64,000 bases of DNA. Source: an uncultured delta proteobacterium (GTDB lineage Bacteria; Desulfobacterota; Desulfuromonadia; Geobacterales; DSM-12255). Shown here in pieces: positions 30,144 to 39,055 of this stretch; positions within the stretch are counted from its first letter, which is position 1, and every line of letters starts with the position of its first letter. A model generated the notes under the pieces. It did no database searches. It saw only the letters and a list, made by a program, of their open reading frames with translations, and had not been told where the DNA came from. Made by a program: the position numbers and the translations under genes. The stretch covers positions 416,001 to 480,000 of the forward strand of contig CAWBBV010000007.1 in assembly GCA_963787125.1 (NCBI GenBank), in the 5' to 3' direction.

Positions 30144-33100
30144 ATGAAACTAAGAAGCGCTCTCCTTCTTGTAGTGGCTGGAACAGTTTGTGCGCTGAGT
30201 AGCCTACTCAGTCCGCAGCTGGCATCAGCGTCAGTGGATGCCGCCACCCAGTGGCCGTCAATGCCGCCAATTGTCAGTAACGCTGCCGCAGTTGGTAACG
30301 TTTCTGGTAAGTTTACCGCCGGAGCCGGCAATAACAGGCTCTTGCTGGTGGCGGTGGCGACCGAGTATACATCCGGTAATCCGGTAATTGCTGTTGGTGG
30401 AGTGACTTACGGTGGCACGGCGTTGACAAATATAGCCGCGGCGACTAACACCACCGGCCTCAACAAGATCTGGGTAGGCTATCTAGTGCTTGGAACGGCA
30501 ACCGCGAGTTCGACAGCTACCATAGCGGTGACAAACACCGGTACAGCCGGACTAGTTGCTACTTATGTTACAGCAGCTGTTTACAACGGTGTCGATCAGA
30601 CCACACCGATCAGCGGTTCCGGATCTGCTTCAGGGACAACGGCAGCTCTTACTACTACTAACTTTGCCGTGAACGGTATCAACGGCAATAACGGTCTTGG
30701 GGTTTTTATCTCAAACCGTACCAGCTCAACCCTCTCCACCACCGGAACAGCAACCAAGGTCAGGGAATATGTCGGCCTTAATATGACTTTATCTGCAGGT
30801 GCTGAATCAGTTGTCACAAACGCCGCTGATAATGAGACAGTTACTGCGGCTGCAGCAGTTTCAGGGGTTCTTGCCGGTATCGGCCTTAACCCGGTTGCAA
30901 AGGTAGCTACTCTCACAACCTGCGGTGACTGCCACGGCTATCCGCCAAATGATGGCTCAGCCCGTAACGTCCCTCCCGGGCAGTTCCTTGGTTCACACGA
31001 CAAGCACAGCGGTGCAAACGCTAACCAGTATTCATTCCTCTGCACCCAGTGTCACTACAACAATACAACCAACAAGCATCAGCAGGGTTACAAGAACATT
31101 ACCGGCAGCAGTGTGCCTGGCAATGCATACAGCGCAACCGGTGGTAAGAAAGTGGCTGATAGCAATAGCCCGGTTTTCGGTTACTGCAACAACGTCACCT
31201 GTCACAGTAACGGTAGAACAACCCCTCGCCAGTTTGCCACCGGTCTTAACTGGGGAACTGCCGATACCTGTCTCTCTTGTCACGGTGGCCGCAGCAACTC
31301 TACCAACCTGTATGCAAAAAGTACAAACAGCTTTAACCTTTCCACTACCCACGGCCAACATCTGGGCAAATACAGCTACACCCAGATTAACTGTAATATG
31401 TGCCACGGCAAGACAGCATCCAGTGCTACCGCCACCAGTGGTCATACCGCTCTTAAAGACTACTCAGGTGTTGGCTATCATGCCAACGGTTCTAAAACAG
31501 TCCTCTTTACCAATATCGCTTATGGTTCATATACCTCCTACAAGGCAAACAAAACCTGTGTAAACGTTGCTTGTCACGGTGGTAAAACCCGTGGTGTCTG
31601 GAATGAGCAGACTACAGTAAATACCGATAACACCTGCGTTCACTGTCATGGCGCTGCCGGCACTTTAGCTTCAGTTGCCAACAGTGGCTATAACCGTCGC
31701 TTCTTTGCTCCCGGCTGGAAAAAGGTCGGTACCAGCACCGACCAGACCGCCTCCACCAACGACATCAGGGTTGGCGCTCACTTCAAGCACCTTTCCAGTG
31801 CCTACATGAGAAACATAAAGTGTAATGAATGTCACCTGGTACCGCAGACTCCATTTGATGCCGGTCACACTGACACTCCTCGTTATGCCTCGCAGACGCT
31901 CTCTTTTAATCAGGCATCATCTGCTACAATCACAATTGGCGTTACTTCAGGTACTGCAATTTCACGCCTGGCCGCTTTTGGCGGCTATACTAACGGTGTT
32001 CCAGGTAAAGCAGTCACCTGTTCCAGTGTTTACTGTCACGGTAATCGCCTCAAGACCGGCGATACCTCAGGTTCATACAAGAAACCGTATTGGAACTACT
32101 CAGCGATGATCAATTACACTGACCCCGCTAACTCCTGTAACAAATGCCACGGTCTTCCGCCATCAGCCGGTACATCAATAACAACCCATACTGGCAAGAC
32201 TCTTACCGGGGTAAACGCCTGCGCCAACTGTCATGGCTCTGTTGTTAACGCATCTGGTCAGATCATCAATAAAGAGCTTCATATCAATGGTCAGGTTGAT
32301 GTTACCGCCGGTCACGAGTATAGCTTCGGTGGCTGGCGCCACATGCCGGGCGGCATCGGCTCCATCAAGGCTGCCTCACTCACTGATTTCACCGCCTGTA
32401 CCGGCTGTCACTCCGGCACATCCGGCGGCAGCTACCCGGTTGCAAGCCGTGGCCAGGCTTCGCTATTGGTCTGTACGGTCTGTCACATTAACAACCCGAA
32501 CTTCTACACTACGGGCTCCAAAGGCAGTTGCGGAGACTGCCACGGCAGCAATACCGCCGGGTACTATTCAACAGGTCAGCCAGACGGTAACGTCTTTCCG
32601 AACAATAGCGGCAGTCACTCCGCCCACATCGCCCAGGGTTATGCCTGTGCTGATTGTCACAGTGGCCGCGGTACTGGAGTGAAAACTCACGGCAACTACT
32701 CAGGTGTCAAGAAGACTACCTATATGAATATATCGATTGCCTTCAATACCACCAAAACCGGTACGGCAGTCAAATACGTCAACGGTGGCGGTACGCTTGC
32801 TAATACCTCCTGCAACACTTCCTGGTGCCATGGCAGTAAGTCACCTGCCTGGGGTGCGCCGGTTCCTGCCCAGCAATGCGTTCGCTGCCACGGTTCGCAG
32901 ACGCTTTCTTATGCCAATAACTCCTCTGCAACAATCGCCCCTGGTGGCAGTAATATTGATACCAACAGGACTGCCGGCGTAACCAATAGAGGCGGTGTGC
33001 ATCAAGAACACCTCAATGCAACTGATGGCATATCTGCCAAGATAAAATGCGGAGCCTGCCACGCCGGGCTTTCTACCAAGGCAGTTAATCACGCTCAACT

Positions 33101-35585
33101 CGATAACAGAACAACGGCAACAGTTGTTTTTAACGGTCTTGCTGTCGCTAATAGTCATGGAGCAGCTGGGATAGTTCGTACAAGTGGCATAATAACCTGT
33201 AACAACACCTACTGTCATACGGCGAAGAACAATTCCGGTCTCAACATGGCACCTACATGGAATAGTTCAACCTATCTGCCAGCTACCTTGACGGTTGCTG
33301 CTTGTACTCAGTGCCACGCGCTTCCTCCTTCAAGTGTTTCTTCTCACACGGGACTATCCGTAACATCATTCCCGATAGGTACTCAGTGTGGCGCTAATTG
33401 TCACTTGAACCTGAACACCGCAGCCACCACCTACGCTACCATATTTAATGACCCTTCTCAGCACATTGATGGAATTATTCAAGGTGGTGACTGCATAAGC
33501 TGCCACTCGGCTGTACAGGGTGCTCGTGCTCCGGTTGTCGGCCAGTTTGCTTCCCAATCTCACCATATACAGGGTGGCGAAGTGTTAACCAAGGCTTCTT
33601 GCTATAAGTGCCACTGGGAAGCTGATATTAATGGTGACGAAGACCCTGCCTATCATAGTAAAACTTCCGGTAAAGGTGTCAGCCTGGTCGTCTGGAAAGG
33701 TTCTGCTACACGACCAACTGTTGCTTCGGCTGCAACCCTGGTTTCTTACACAGCCAACGGCAGCAGAAGACAAATCCTGAAGCTTAATGATGTTTGTCTC
33801 GGTTGTCATGATTCGACAGTCAGAGCGACACCACCGTTCGGTACTTTCGCAACCGACCAGTACTCACCAGAACCGCGGATGACACCGGTACTTAGCAAGA
33901 CAAGTATTCTTTCCAGGTACTCTAGCACTCGTACTGTGCCTTGGAGTAACTACTCATTTACCAACTCTTCCGGTCAGGTTTCGCAGTACGGCACCAATAC
34001 CAAGAAGAACGTTACCAAAGCTCTTTCCGGCCACGGTAATGCAATCAAAAATCAGTTCCCGAGCTGGAATTCAACAACTGGTGGGTCTGGTGAAGATGAA
34101 GTCTCCGGCGTAAATGTTGATATTGCTGCCAGCCAGACGTTAAGTAAGTATCGTAACGTTCTTTGCTACGACTGCCACAACTCTCACGGCTCTGCTGCAG
34201 TTGGTGTTACCAGTTCCTACTCCAGCGCCACCGGTCGTTACAAAGGTGGATTGCTTAAAACTACTACTAACGGTCAGGGCGGCTATACAAATACTTACAC
34301 GCCTACTGCCAGAACCATCGCCTACAAGAGCTACAGTACACTGACAACACATGCAGCGACCTTCAATGCCGGCGCCAGCATCTGCAACGACTGTCATAAC
34401 ACCGACACTCGCAAGGTTACCTACGCAGGCGGCAGACCTTGGTCCATCCTGACAACCTACAGCTCCACCAAGCCGATTGTCGGTTACTGGAGCACACCAT
34501 ACTTCGATAACTACACATTCAATTCAGTCAAGCGGACTACCTACAAAATGGGTGGTGCACCAGGGACCATTAAAGACCAGCGTAAACCGATGGGCGGTCA
34601 CTACGGCTCCAGCGCCAACCTGGGTAATTACTCCGGTGTATCTCACAGCCAGAACATCAACGGCCTCTGTACTCCATGCCACGATCCGCACGGTGTATCC
34701 AGCGCCATGTCCGTTGTCAACCGTGGTAAATCAGTACCGATGCTCAAAGGCACCTGGGTAACCTCGCCATACCGCGAAGACAAAGCAACACCGGTCGTCA
34801 AACGTGGCGGCGGCAGTAACTTCACCGGTATGCCGGCAATGGGCGCAATGCCTGGTTACAACATTGACCAGAACTCATTGATCAACCTTGCGGCTCCAAC
34901 TGCCGGTGGCGCTGCACAAACAACAACCAAGAGCAATCAAAGGAAGCAGGCATTCACTGTCTTCCCAGGCGCTGCTGGCAACGCCCTTGCGCTGCACACA
35001 GAGAAAGATCCGGATCCGGCAGTTAATGCTGCTGCCAACTTCGCCGGTCTTTGTGTCGGTTGTCACCAGAAAGCGACACTGACCAACTCCACCGTTGCAC
35101 CTGCTGCCAGTAACTGGATGAGCAAAGAGCGGGTTCACCAGTCAGTAGCAGGCTGGGCAGCAACAAGCGGAGTCAATTTGAACGGCACTGTTCATGCTTA
35201 CACCTGCTCCAAGTGCCATGCGCCGCACGTTTCGCGTCTGCCACGGCTCATGATAACCAACTGCCTTGACGTAAGGCATACGAAACAGTCGGTTTCCGGT
35301 GGAGCGATTTCGGCCACAACCGTCGGCACCCCTGGTTTCACCTACGGCAACAACAACCAGAGCTTTGCAACGTCTGGTCGGGGTGCAGGCCGCTTCCCCT
35401 CTGGTGGTTCAAGGTACTCGGGAACACCTGGTTCAGCCCAGAACAACGGGCCGTGGTACTTCCAGACAGTTCAGCCGGCAGGTGTTACTTATCCTTCAAA
35501 CTGCCATAACGGAGTGAACGCAGGCGGCGGAGCAACAACTTACGCTCCAAACTTGCAGATCTGGAACAAAAAAACCCGCTGGTAA
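30144..35585 (+). CDS. Large secreted multiheme c-type cytochrome, about 29 heme-type motifs
   Basis: AGGAG RBS then ATG at 30144; signal peptide (ASA); manual count 23 CxxCH, 5 CxxxxCH, 1 CxxxCH. Confidence 0.92.
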   Translation: MKLRSALLLVVAGTVCALSSLLSPQLASASVDAATQWPSMPPIVSNAAAVGNVSGKFTAGAGNNRLLLVAVATEYTSGNPVIAVGGVTYGGTALTNIAAATNTTGLNKIWVGYLVLGTATASSTATIAVTNTGTAGLVATYVTAAVYNGVDQTTPISGSGSASGTTAALTTTNFAVNGINGNNGLGVFISNRTSSTLSTTGTATKVREYVGLNMTLSAGAESVVTNAADNETVTAAAAVSGVLAGIGLNPVAKVATLTTCGDCHGYPPNDGSARNVPPGQFLGSHDKHSGANANQYSFLCTQCHYNNTTNKHQQGYKNITGSSVPGNAYSATGGKKVADSNSPVFGYCNNVTCHSNGRTTPRQFATGLNWGTADTCLSCHGGRSNSTNLYAKSTNSFNLSTTHGQHLGKYSYTQINCNMCHGKTASSATATSGHTALKDYSGVGYHANGSKTVLFTNIAYGSYTSYKANKTCVNVACHGGKTRGVWNEQTTVNTDNTCVHCHGAAGTLASVANSGYNRRFFAPGWKKVGTSTDQTASTNDIRVGAHFKHLSSAYMRNIKCNECHLVPQTPFDAGHTDTPRYASQTLSFNQASSATITIGVTSGTAISRLAAFGGYTNGVPGKAVTCSSVYCHGNRLKTGDTSGSYKKPYWNYSAMINYTDPANSCNKCHGLPPSAGTSITTHTGKTLTGVNACANCHGSVVNASGQIINKELHINGQVDVTAGHEYSFGGWRHMPGGIGSIKAASLTDFTACTGCHSGTSGGSYPVASRGQASLLVCTVCHINNPNFYTTGSKGSCGDCHGSNTAGYYSTGQPDGNVFPNNSGSHSAHIAQGYACADCHSGRGTGVKTHGNYSGVKKTTYMNISIAFNTTKTGTAVKYVNGGGTLANTSCNTSWCHGSKSPAWGAPVPAQQCVRCHGSQTLSYANNSSATIAPGGSNIDTNRTAGVTNRGGVHQEHLNATDGISAKIKCGACHAGLSTKAVNHAQLDNRTTATVVFNGLAVANSHGAAGIVRTSGIITCNNTYCHTAKNNSGLNMAPTWNSSTYLPATLTVAACTQCHALPPSSVSSHTGLSVTSFPIGTQCGANCHLNLNTAATTYATIFNDPSQHIDGIIQGGDCISCHSAVQGARAPVVGQFASQSHHIQGGEVLTKASCYKCHWEADINGDEDPAYHSKTSGKGVSLVVWKGSATRPTVASAATLVSYTANGSRRQILKLNDVCLGCHDSTVRATPPFGTFATDQYSPEPRMTPVLSKTSILSRYSSTRTVPWSNYSFTNSSGQVSQYGTNTKKNVTKALSGHGNAIKNQFPSWNSTTGGSGEDEVSGVNVDIAASQTLSKYRNVLCYDCHNSHGSAAVGVTSSYSSATGRYKGGLLKTTTNGQGGYTNTYTPTARTIAYKSYSTLTTHAATFNAGASICNDCHNTDTRKVTYAGGRPWSILTTYSSTKPIVGYWSTPYFDNYTFNSVKRTTYKMGGAPGTIKDQRKPMGGHYGSSANLGNYSGVSHSQNINGLCTPCHDPHGVSSAMSVVNRGKSVPMLKGTWVTSPYREDKATPVVKRGGGSNFTGMPAMGAMPGYNIDQNSLINLAAPTAGGAAQTTTKSNQRKQAFTVFPGAAGNALALHTEKDPDPAVNAAANFAGLCVGCHQKATLTNSTVAPAASNWMSKERVHQSVAGWAATSGVNLNGTVHAYTCSKCHAPHVSRLPRLMITNCLDVRHTKQSVSGGAISATTVGTPGFTYGNNNQSFATSGRGAGRFPSGGSRYSGTPGSAQNNGPWYFQTVQPAGVTYPSNCHNGVNAGGGATTYAPNLQIWNKKTRW

Positions 35586-35593
35586 CAGCAAAT

Positions 35594-35618
35594 GGCGGGG
35601 ATCATCGCGATCCCCGCC
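35594..35618. other. Strong stem-loop without a + strand U-tract
   Basis: ggcggggatc-atcgc-gatccccgcc followed by taaaaa; may stabilise mRNA rather than terminate it. Confidence 0.6.
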
Positions 35619-35667
35619 TAAAAATAAGCATGATAAGTCTGGTAAATAATAAAAGGAGGTGCCTGCA

Positions 35668-35727
35668 ATGAAAAAGAGCTACGTTACACCGAAAATCACA
35701 GGTAGTGCAGTTGTTCATCCTTGCTAA
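35668..35727 (+). CDS. 19-aa peptide MKKSYVTPKITGSAVVHPC, putative RiPP-like precursor
   Basis: AAGGAGGT RBS 7 nt before the ATG; YxxP leader-like motif; C-terminal His-Pro-Cys; flanked by a hairpin and a terminator; below the ORF-track size cutoff. Confidence 0.7.
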   Translation: MKKSYVTPKITGSAVVHPC

Positions 35728-35749
35728 CACAACCGCATAAATTATGATG

Positions 35750-35783
35750 AAAATGGGGTCGTGCTTGCGACCCCATTTTTTTT
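35750..35783 (+). terminator. Rho-independent terminator
   Basis: aaaatggggtcg-tgcttg-cgaccccatttttttt. Confidence 0.85.
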
Positions 35784-35863
35784 ACCCTCTTTTCTATTGA
35801 CTGCCCCCATTGTTACAATTACTCTTGAAAAATTAAAATATATGCAAGGTCCCGAAATCAAGC

Positions 35864-36769
35864 ATGAAACTGATCATCCAGATACCATGTTTCAACGAGG
35901 AAAATACCCTTCCGCCCACTCTGGCTGCACTTCCCCGCAGAGTGGAGGGTTTCGATATTGTTGAATGGCTGGTTATTGACGACGGCAGCAGTGATCGAAC
36001 TGCAGAAATTGCTAAAAAACATGGTGTTGATCATATAGTCAGACTGGAGAAGAACAGTGGCCTGGCCGCTGCCTTCATGGCCGGAATAAAATTTTCCCTT
36101 GCCAGGGGAGCAGATATAATCGTCAATACGGATGCTGATAATCAATACAATGCCGCCGATATACCCCTCCTAATTGAACCGATTTTGGCCGGTAAAACCG
36201 GTTTTGTAATCGGCCTCAGGCCTGTCTATGAAATCAAAGAGATCCCTTTACTGATAAAGTTTTTGCATAAAGCAGGGAGTATTGCAGTCATGAAGGCAAG
36301 TGGGACAACTGTCACTGATCCTCCAAGCGGCTTCAGGGCTTTCTCTCGTGAAGTAGCCGAAAATCTGCGTGTTTACAACAGGTATACCTATACTCTGGAA
36401 ACGATAATTCAAGCCGGCAACCGGGGGCTACAGATCGAGACTGTCAAGATTAGAGTCAATATGGAGAAGCTTAGACCCTCCCGGCTTATGTCCTCGCCTT
36501 ACAGCTATGTTCTCAAGTCTTCACTAATAATCCTGCGCAGCCTGCTGCGCTATAACCCGTTGCGTTTCATACTTCTTTTTTGTTTGCCGCTGCTTATTAC
36601 TGCGGCTTTCGCCTCTATCTACATTTATTTCTGGCAGAGCGATTTTTTGGCCGTTACAGTTTTATCGGTTGCGGCTGGAGCGCTGCTTTTCCTCTCGATC
36701 GTCTCATTACCGGTTATTTTCTCCTGTGGAGATTATGCTGAAAACAGTGCCGCTGGAGGGACTCGTTAA
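35864..36769 (+). CDS. Glycosyltransferase family 2 (polyprenol-phosphate GT-like)
   Basis: IIQIPCFNEE, IDDGSSD, NTDADNQY, D..SGFRA; C-terminal TMs. Confidence 0.88.
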   Translation: MKLIIQIPCFNEENTLPPTLAALPRRVEGFDIVEWLVIDDGSSDRTAEIAKKHGVDHIVRLEKNSGLAAAFMAGIKFSLARGADIIVNTDADNQYNAADIPLLIEPILAGKTGFVIGLRPVYEIKEIPLLIKFLHKAGSIAVMKASGTTVTDPPSGFRAFSREVAENLRVYNRYTYTLETIIQAGNRGLQIETVKIRVNMEKLRPSRLMSSPYSYVLKSSLIILRSLLRYNPLRFILLFCLPLLITAAFASIYIYFWQSDFLAVTVLSVAAGALLFLSIVSLPVIFSCGDYAENSAAGGTR

Positions 36770-37410
36770 TGGAGCTGCTGCAGGCGATAATGACGCGCCG
36801 GAGCGCACGCCGTTACGCCGCTGCCGTCCCTCCGGGGGAAATCTGCGAACTGCTCGAACTGGCCGCATCTGCGCCATCAGCCTGCAACAGGCGCGGGTGG
36901 AGATGCATACTGGTGCAAAATCGGGAGGCTATGAGGTGGCTCTACAGGCAGGGAGGCTCAGCTGTCTTTCAGACCGCAGGACAGGCGCTGCTTGTCTGCT
37001 ATGAGGCTCAAACAGAAAACAGTGAATGGGACGATAACATTCAGAGCGCAGCTGCGTTCATAGCCTATTTCCAGCTGCTTGCCCATGACCGCGGCATAGG
37101 TTCCTGCTGGATATGTCACCTCCCCCCGAAAAGAGAGGTGAGTGAATATTTTAAAATACCTCCGGCGTATACACCGGTAGCAGTTGTAACTTTCGGCGAG
37201 TATCAAAAAGAATACTCTGACCTGGTGAGAGGGAATAAGAAGCCCGTTCCTCTTTTCATTGACCGTTGGTCTTTTGATGCAGGCGAAATAGATGGTTTGA
37301 AATCAGCGTCACAACCCCGTAAACTGTTACGTAAACTTTATTACGCACTTCCGTTAAGGCGTTGGCTGAGGGGATGGGCGGGGCGTTATGAAAAGAAATT
37401 CGATGAATAA
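36769..37410 (+). CDS. Nitroreductase-family flavoprotein
   Basis: I.TRRS.RRY, APSACN...W, L.A...GIGSCWI. Confidence 0.85.
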   Translation: MELLQAIMTRRSARRYAAAVPPGEICELLELAASAPSACNRRGWRCILVQNREAMRWLYRQGGSAVFQTAGQALLVCYEAQTENSEWDDNIQSAAAFIAYFQLLAHDRGIGSCWICHLPPKREVSEYFKIPPAYTPVAVVTFGEYQKEYSDLVRGNKKPVPLFIDRWSFDAGEIDGLKSASQPRKLLRKLYYALPLRRWLRGWAGRYEKKFDE

Positions 37411-39055
37411 GGGGTACTATTGCCAAAGCGAGCCGCAGCTTGAGGAAGGACTCAAACGATTTCTGCTAAGGAGCGTGCCGAGGATTCTTACCCAGCTTGA
37501 CAGGGATCCCGATTCGCCAACGTTCGGCTGTTTTGACCGTGATTTCTGGCACTACCGGATTCGCGATTTTTCTTCCATCGTGCTGCAGCAGGGGGCACTG
37601 GTTCTCCAGACGCTGCACAACTATCCGGATAGTGATAACCCGCTCTACAAAAATCCGCAAACTCTTTCCTGGATAGATGCCTGCCTGTCTTTCTGGGCCA
37701 CTCAGCAGCTGCCTTCCGGCGCATTCAATGAATATTACCCCAATGAAGAGGGCTTTCCGCCGACTGCCTTTTCTCTTTACGCCGTTGCGTTGATCTTTAA
37801 AGAGCGAGGCTTTCCTGAAGCAATGCCTGCGGTCCTGCATACTGTGCGTAAAGCTGCTGACTGGCTTCTCTCAATTCAGGAGAGTCAGGCTCTCAATCAG
37901 GAGGCAGTCGCTCTTGCCGCCCTTGTACTCTCTTCACGGATTCCGTCGGTAAATATTGATATGGTGAAGCTGGAAAAGAGGCTCGAAGTTTTGTTTGCTG
38001 CCCAATCTGCAGAAGGCTGGTTCCCAGAGTATGGTGGGGCAGATAGCGGCTACCTTTCGGTGACACTTGACGCGCTTGCAGTGTATTTTGATCTGACCGG
38101 TGATCCAAGAGCCGAAATTGCGATGAACAGAGCTTTGGAATTTATCAGCCAGTTGATCTCGGTCTCCGGGACAACTCCGGTGATGATTAATTCCAGAAAT
38201 ACCGATTACATTGCACCCTACGGACTTATCAGGATGGCTGCGAGTAGTCCGCTTGCCAGAAGCGTTGTGGAGGCGCTTTTCAGTACAACCGAAAATCCGG
38301 CCCACTTCCTGAACGCCACTGATGACAGATATCTTTGCCACTATATCTACCACTCCTGTTTTCGCGGCCTGGAACAGTTGTCTCGAATGACAGTTCAAAA
38401 AGCGGCTCTCCCCTGTGAAGAGGGGAGTGACAGATATTACCCTGATGCCGGCATTCATACTCTCCATATTCCAGAGTGCAGATCGATATATATTGCGGCT
38501 CGCAAGGGTGGAGTCTATTACCTCTATAATACTGAAGGAATCGTCTCTGCCGATTACGGCTGGCGTTATAAGGATGGTAAGGGGAGGGTGGCGCTGACTC
38601 ACTGGCAGCATCCGGAAAACCTTGCTGTTTGCAGTCAAAAAGCCGCCTCAATAGATATTGAGGCAAGCGGGGTAGTTTCAATTCATGGCTGGCCTGACTC
38701 GACACCTCTGCGGCATGGAGCACTGAGAGTGCTCAGTTATTTTTTAGGGAAAGGGATCATTGTCTGGCTGAAAAAAGTAATGATTTTCAAGGCCGAGAGC
38801 TATGGTTTAAATTACAGCCGCAAAATCAGGGTTACGGAGTCAGGGATTTACTGTAGCGACAGATTTAGTGGGGCAGGCATCCGGAACTTTAATCCGGTTC
38901 CGGCTCCCGCATACTCTCTGCGCCATGTAGCAAGCGCTGCAAATTTCAACAGGGAAGAGCTTGCCGGTTCGGCAGGCGTCAAGAGAACATTTGCACACAC
39001 TGCCGAAAGTCTTACTATCACCAGCACCATTGATTTTACGGAGATGCTGGGATGA
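37403..39055 (+). CDS. Hypothetical protein (possible alpha/alpha-toroid, lyase/epimerase-like)
   Basis: Long coupled ORF with repeated Q...G.F.EY motifs (QLPSGAFNEY, QSAEGWFPEYGG.D.GY); function not recognised. Confidence 0.6.
   Translation: MNKGYYCQSEPQLEEGLKRFLLRSVPRILTQLDRDPDSPTFGCFDRDFWHYRIRDFSSIVLQQGALVLQTLHNYPDSDNPLYKNPQTLSWIDACLSFWATQQLPSGAFNEYYPNEEGFPPTAFSLYAVALIFKERGFPEAMPAVLHTVRKAADWLLSIQESQALNQEAVALAALVLSSRIPSVNIDMVKLEKRLEVLFAAQSAEGWFPEYGGADSGYLSVTLDALAVYFDLTGDPRAEIAMNRALEFISQLISVSGTTPVMINSRNTDYIAPYGLIRMAASSPLARSVVEALFSTTENPAHFLNATDDRYLCHYIYHSCFRGLEQLSRMTVQKAALPCEEGSDRYYPDAGIHTLHIPECRSIYIAARKGGVYYLYNTEGIVSADYGWRYKDGKGRVALTHWQHPENLAVCSQKAASIDIEASGVVSIHGWPDSTPLRHGALRVLSYFLGKGIIVWLKKVMIFKAESYGLNYSRKIRVTESGIYCSDRFSGAGIRNFNPVPAPAYSLRHVASAANFNREELAGSAGVKRTFAHTAESLTITSTIDFTEMLG

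Noticed and set aside
22543..35517. Many short alternate-frame and antisense ORFs within the cytochrome genes (and elsewhere)
   Set aside because: Shadow ORFs of long real genes, with no recognisable motifs
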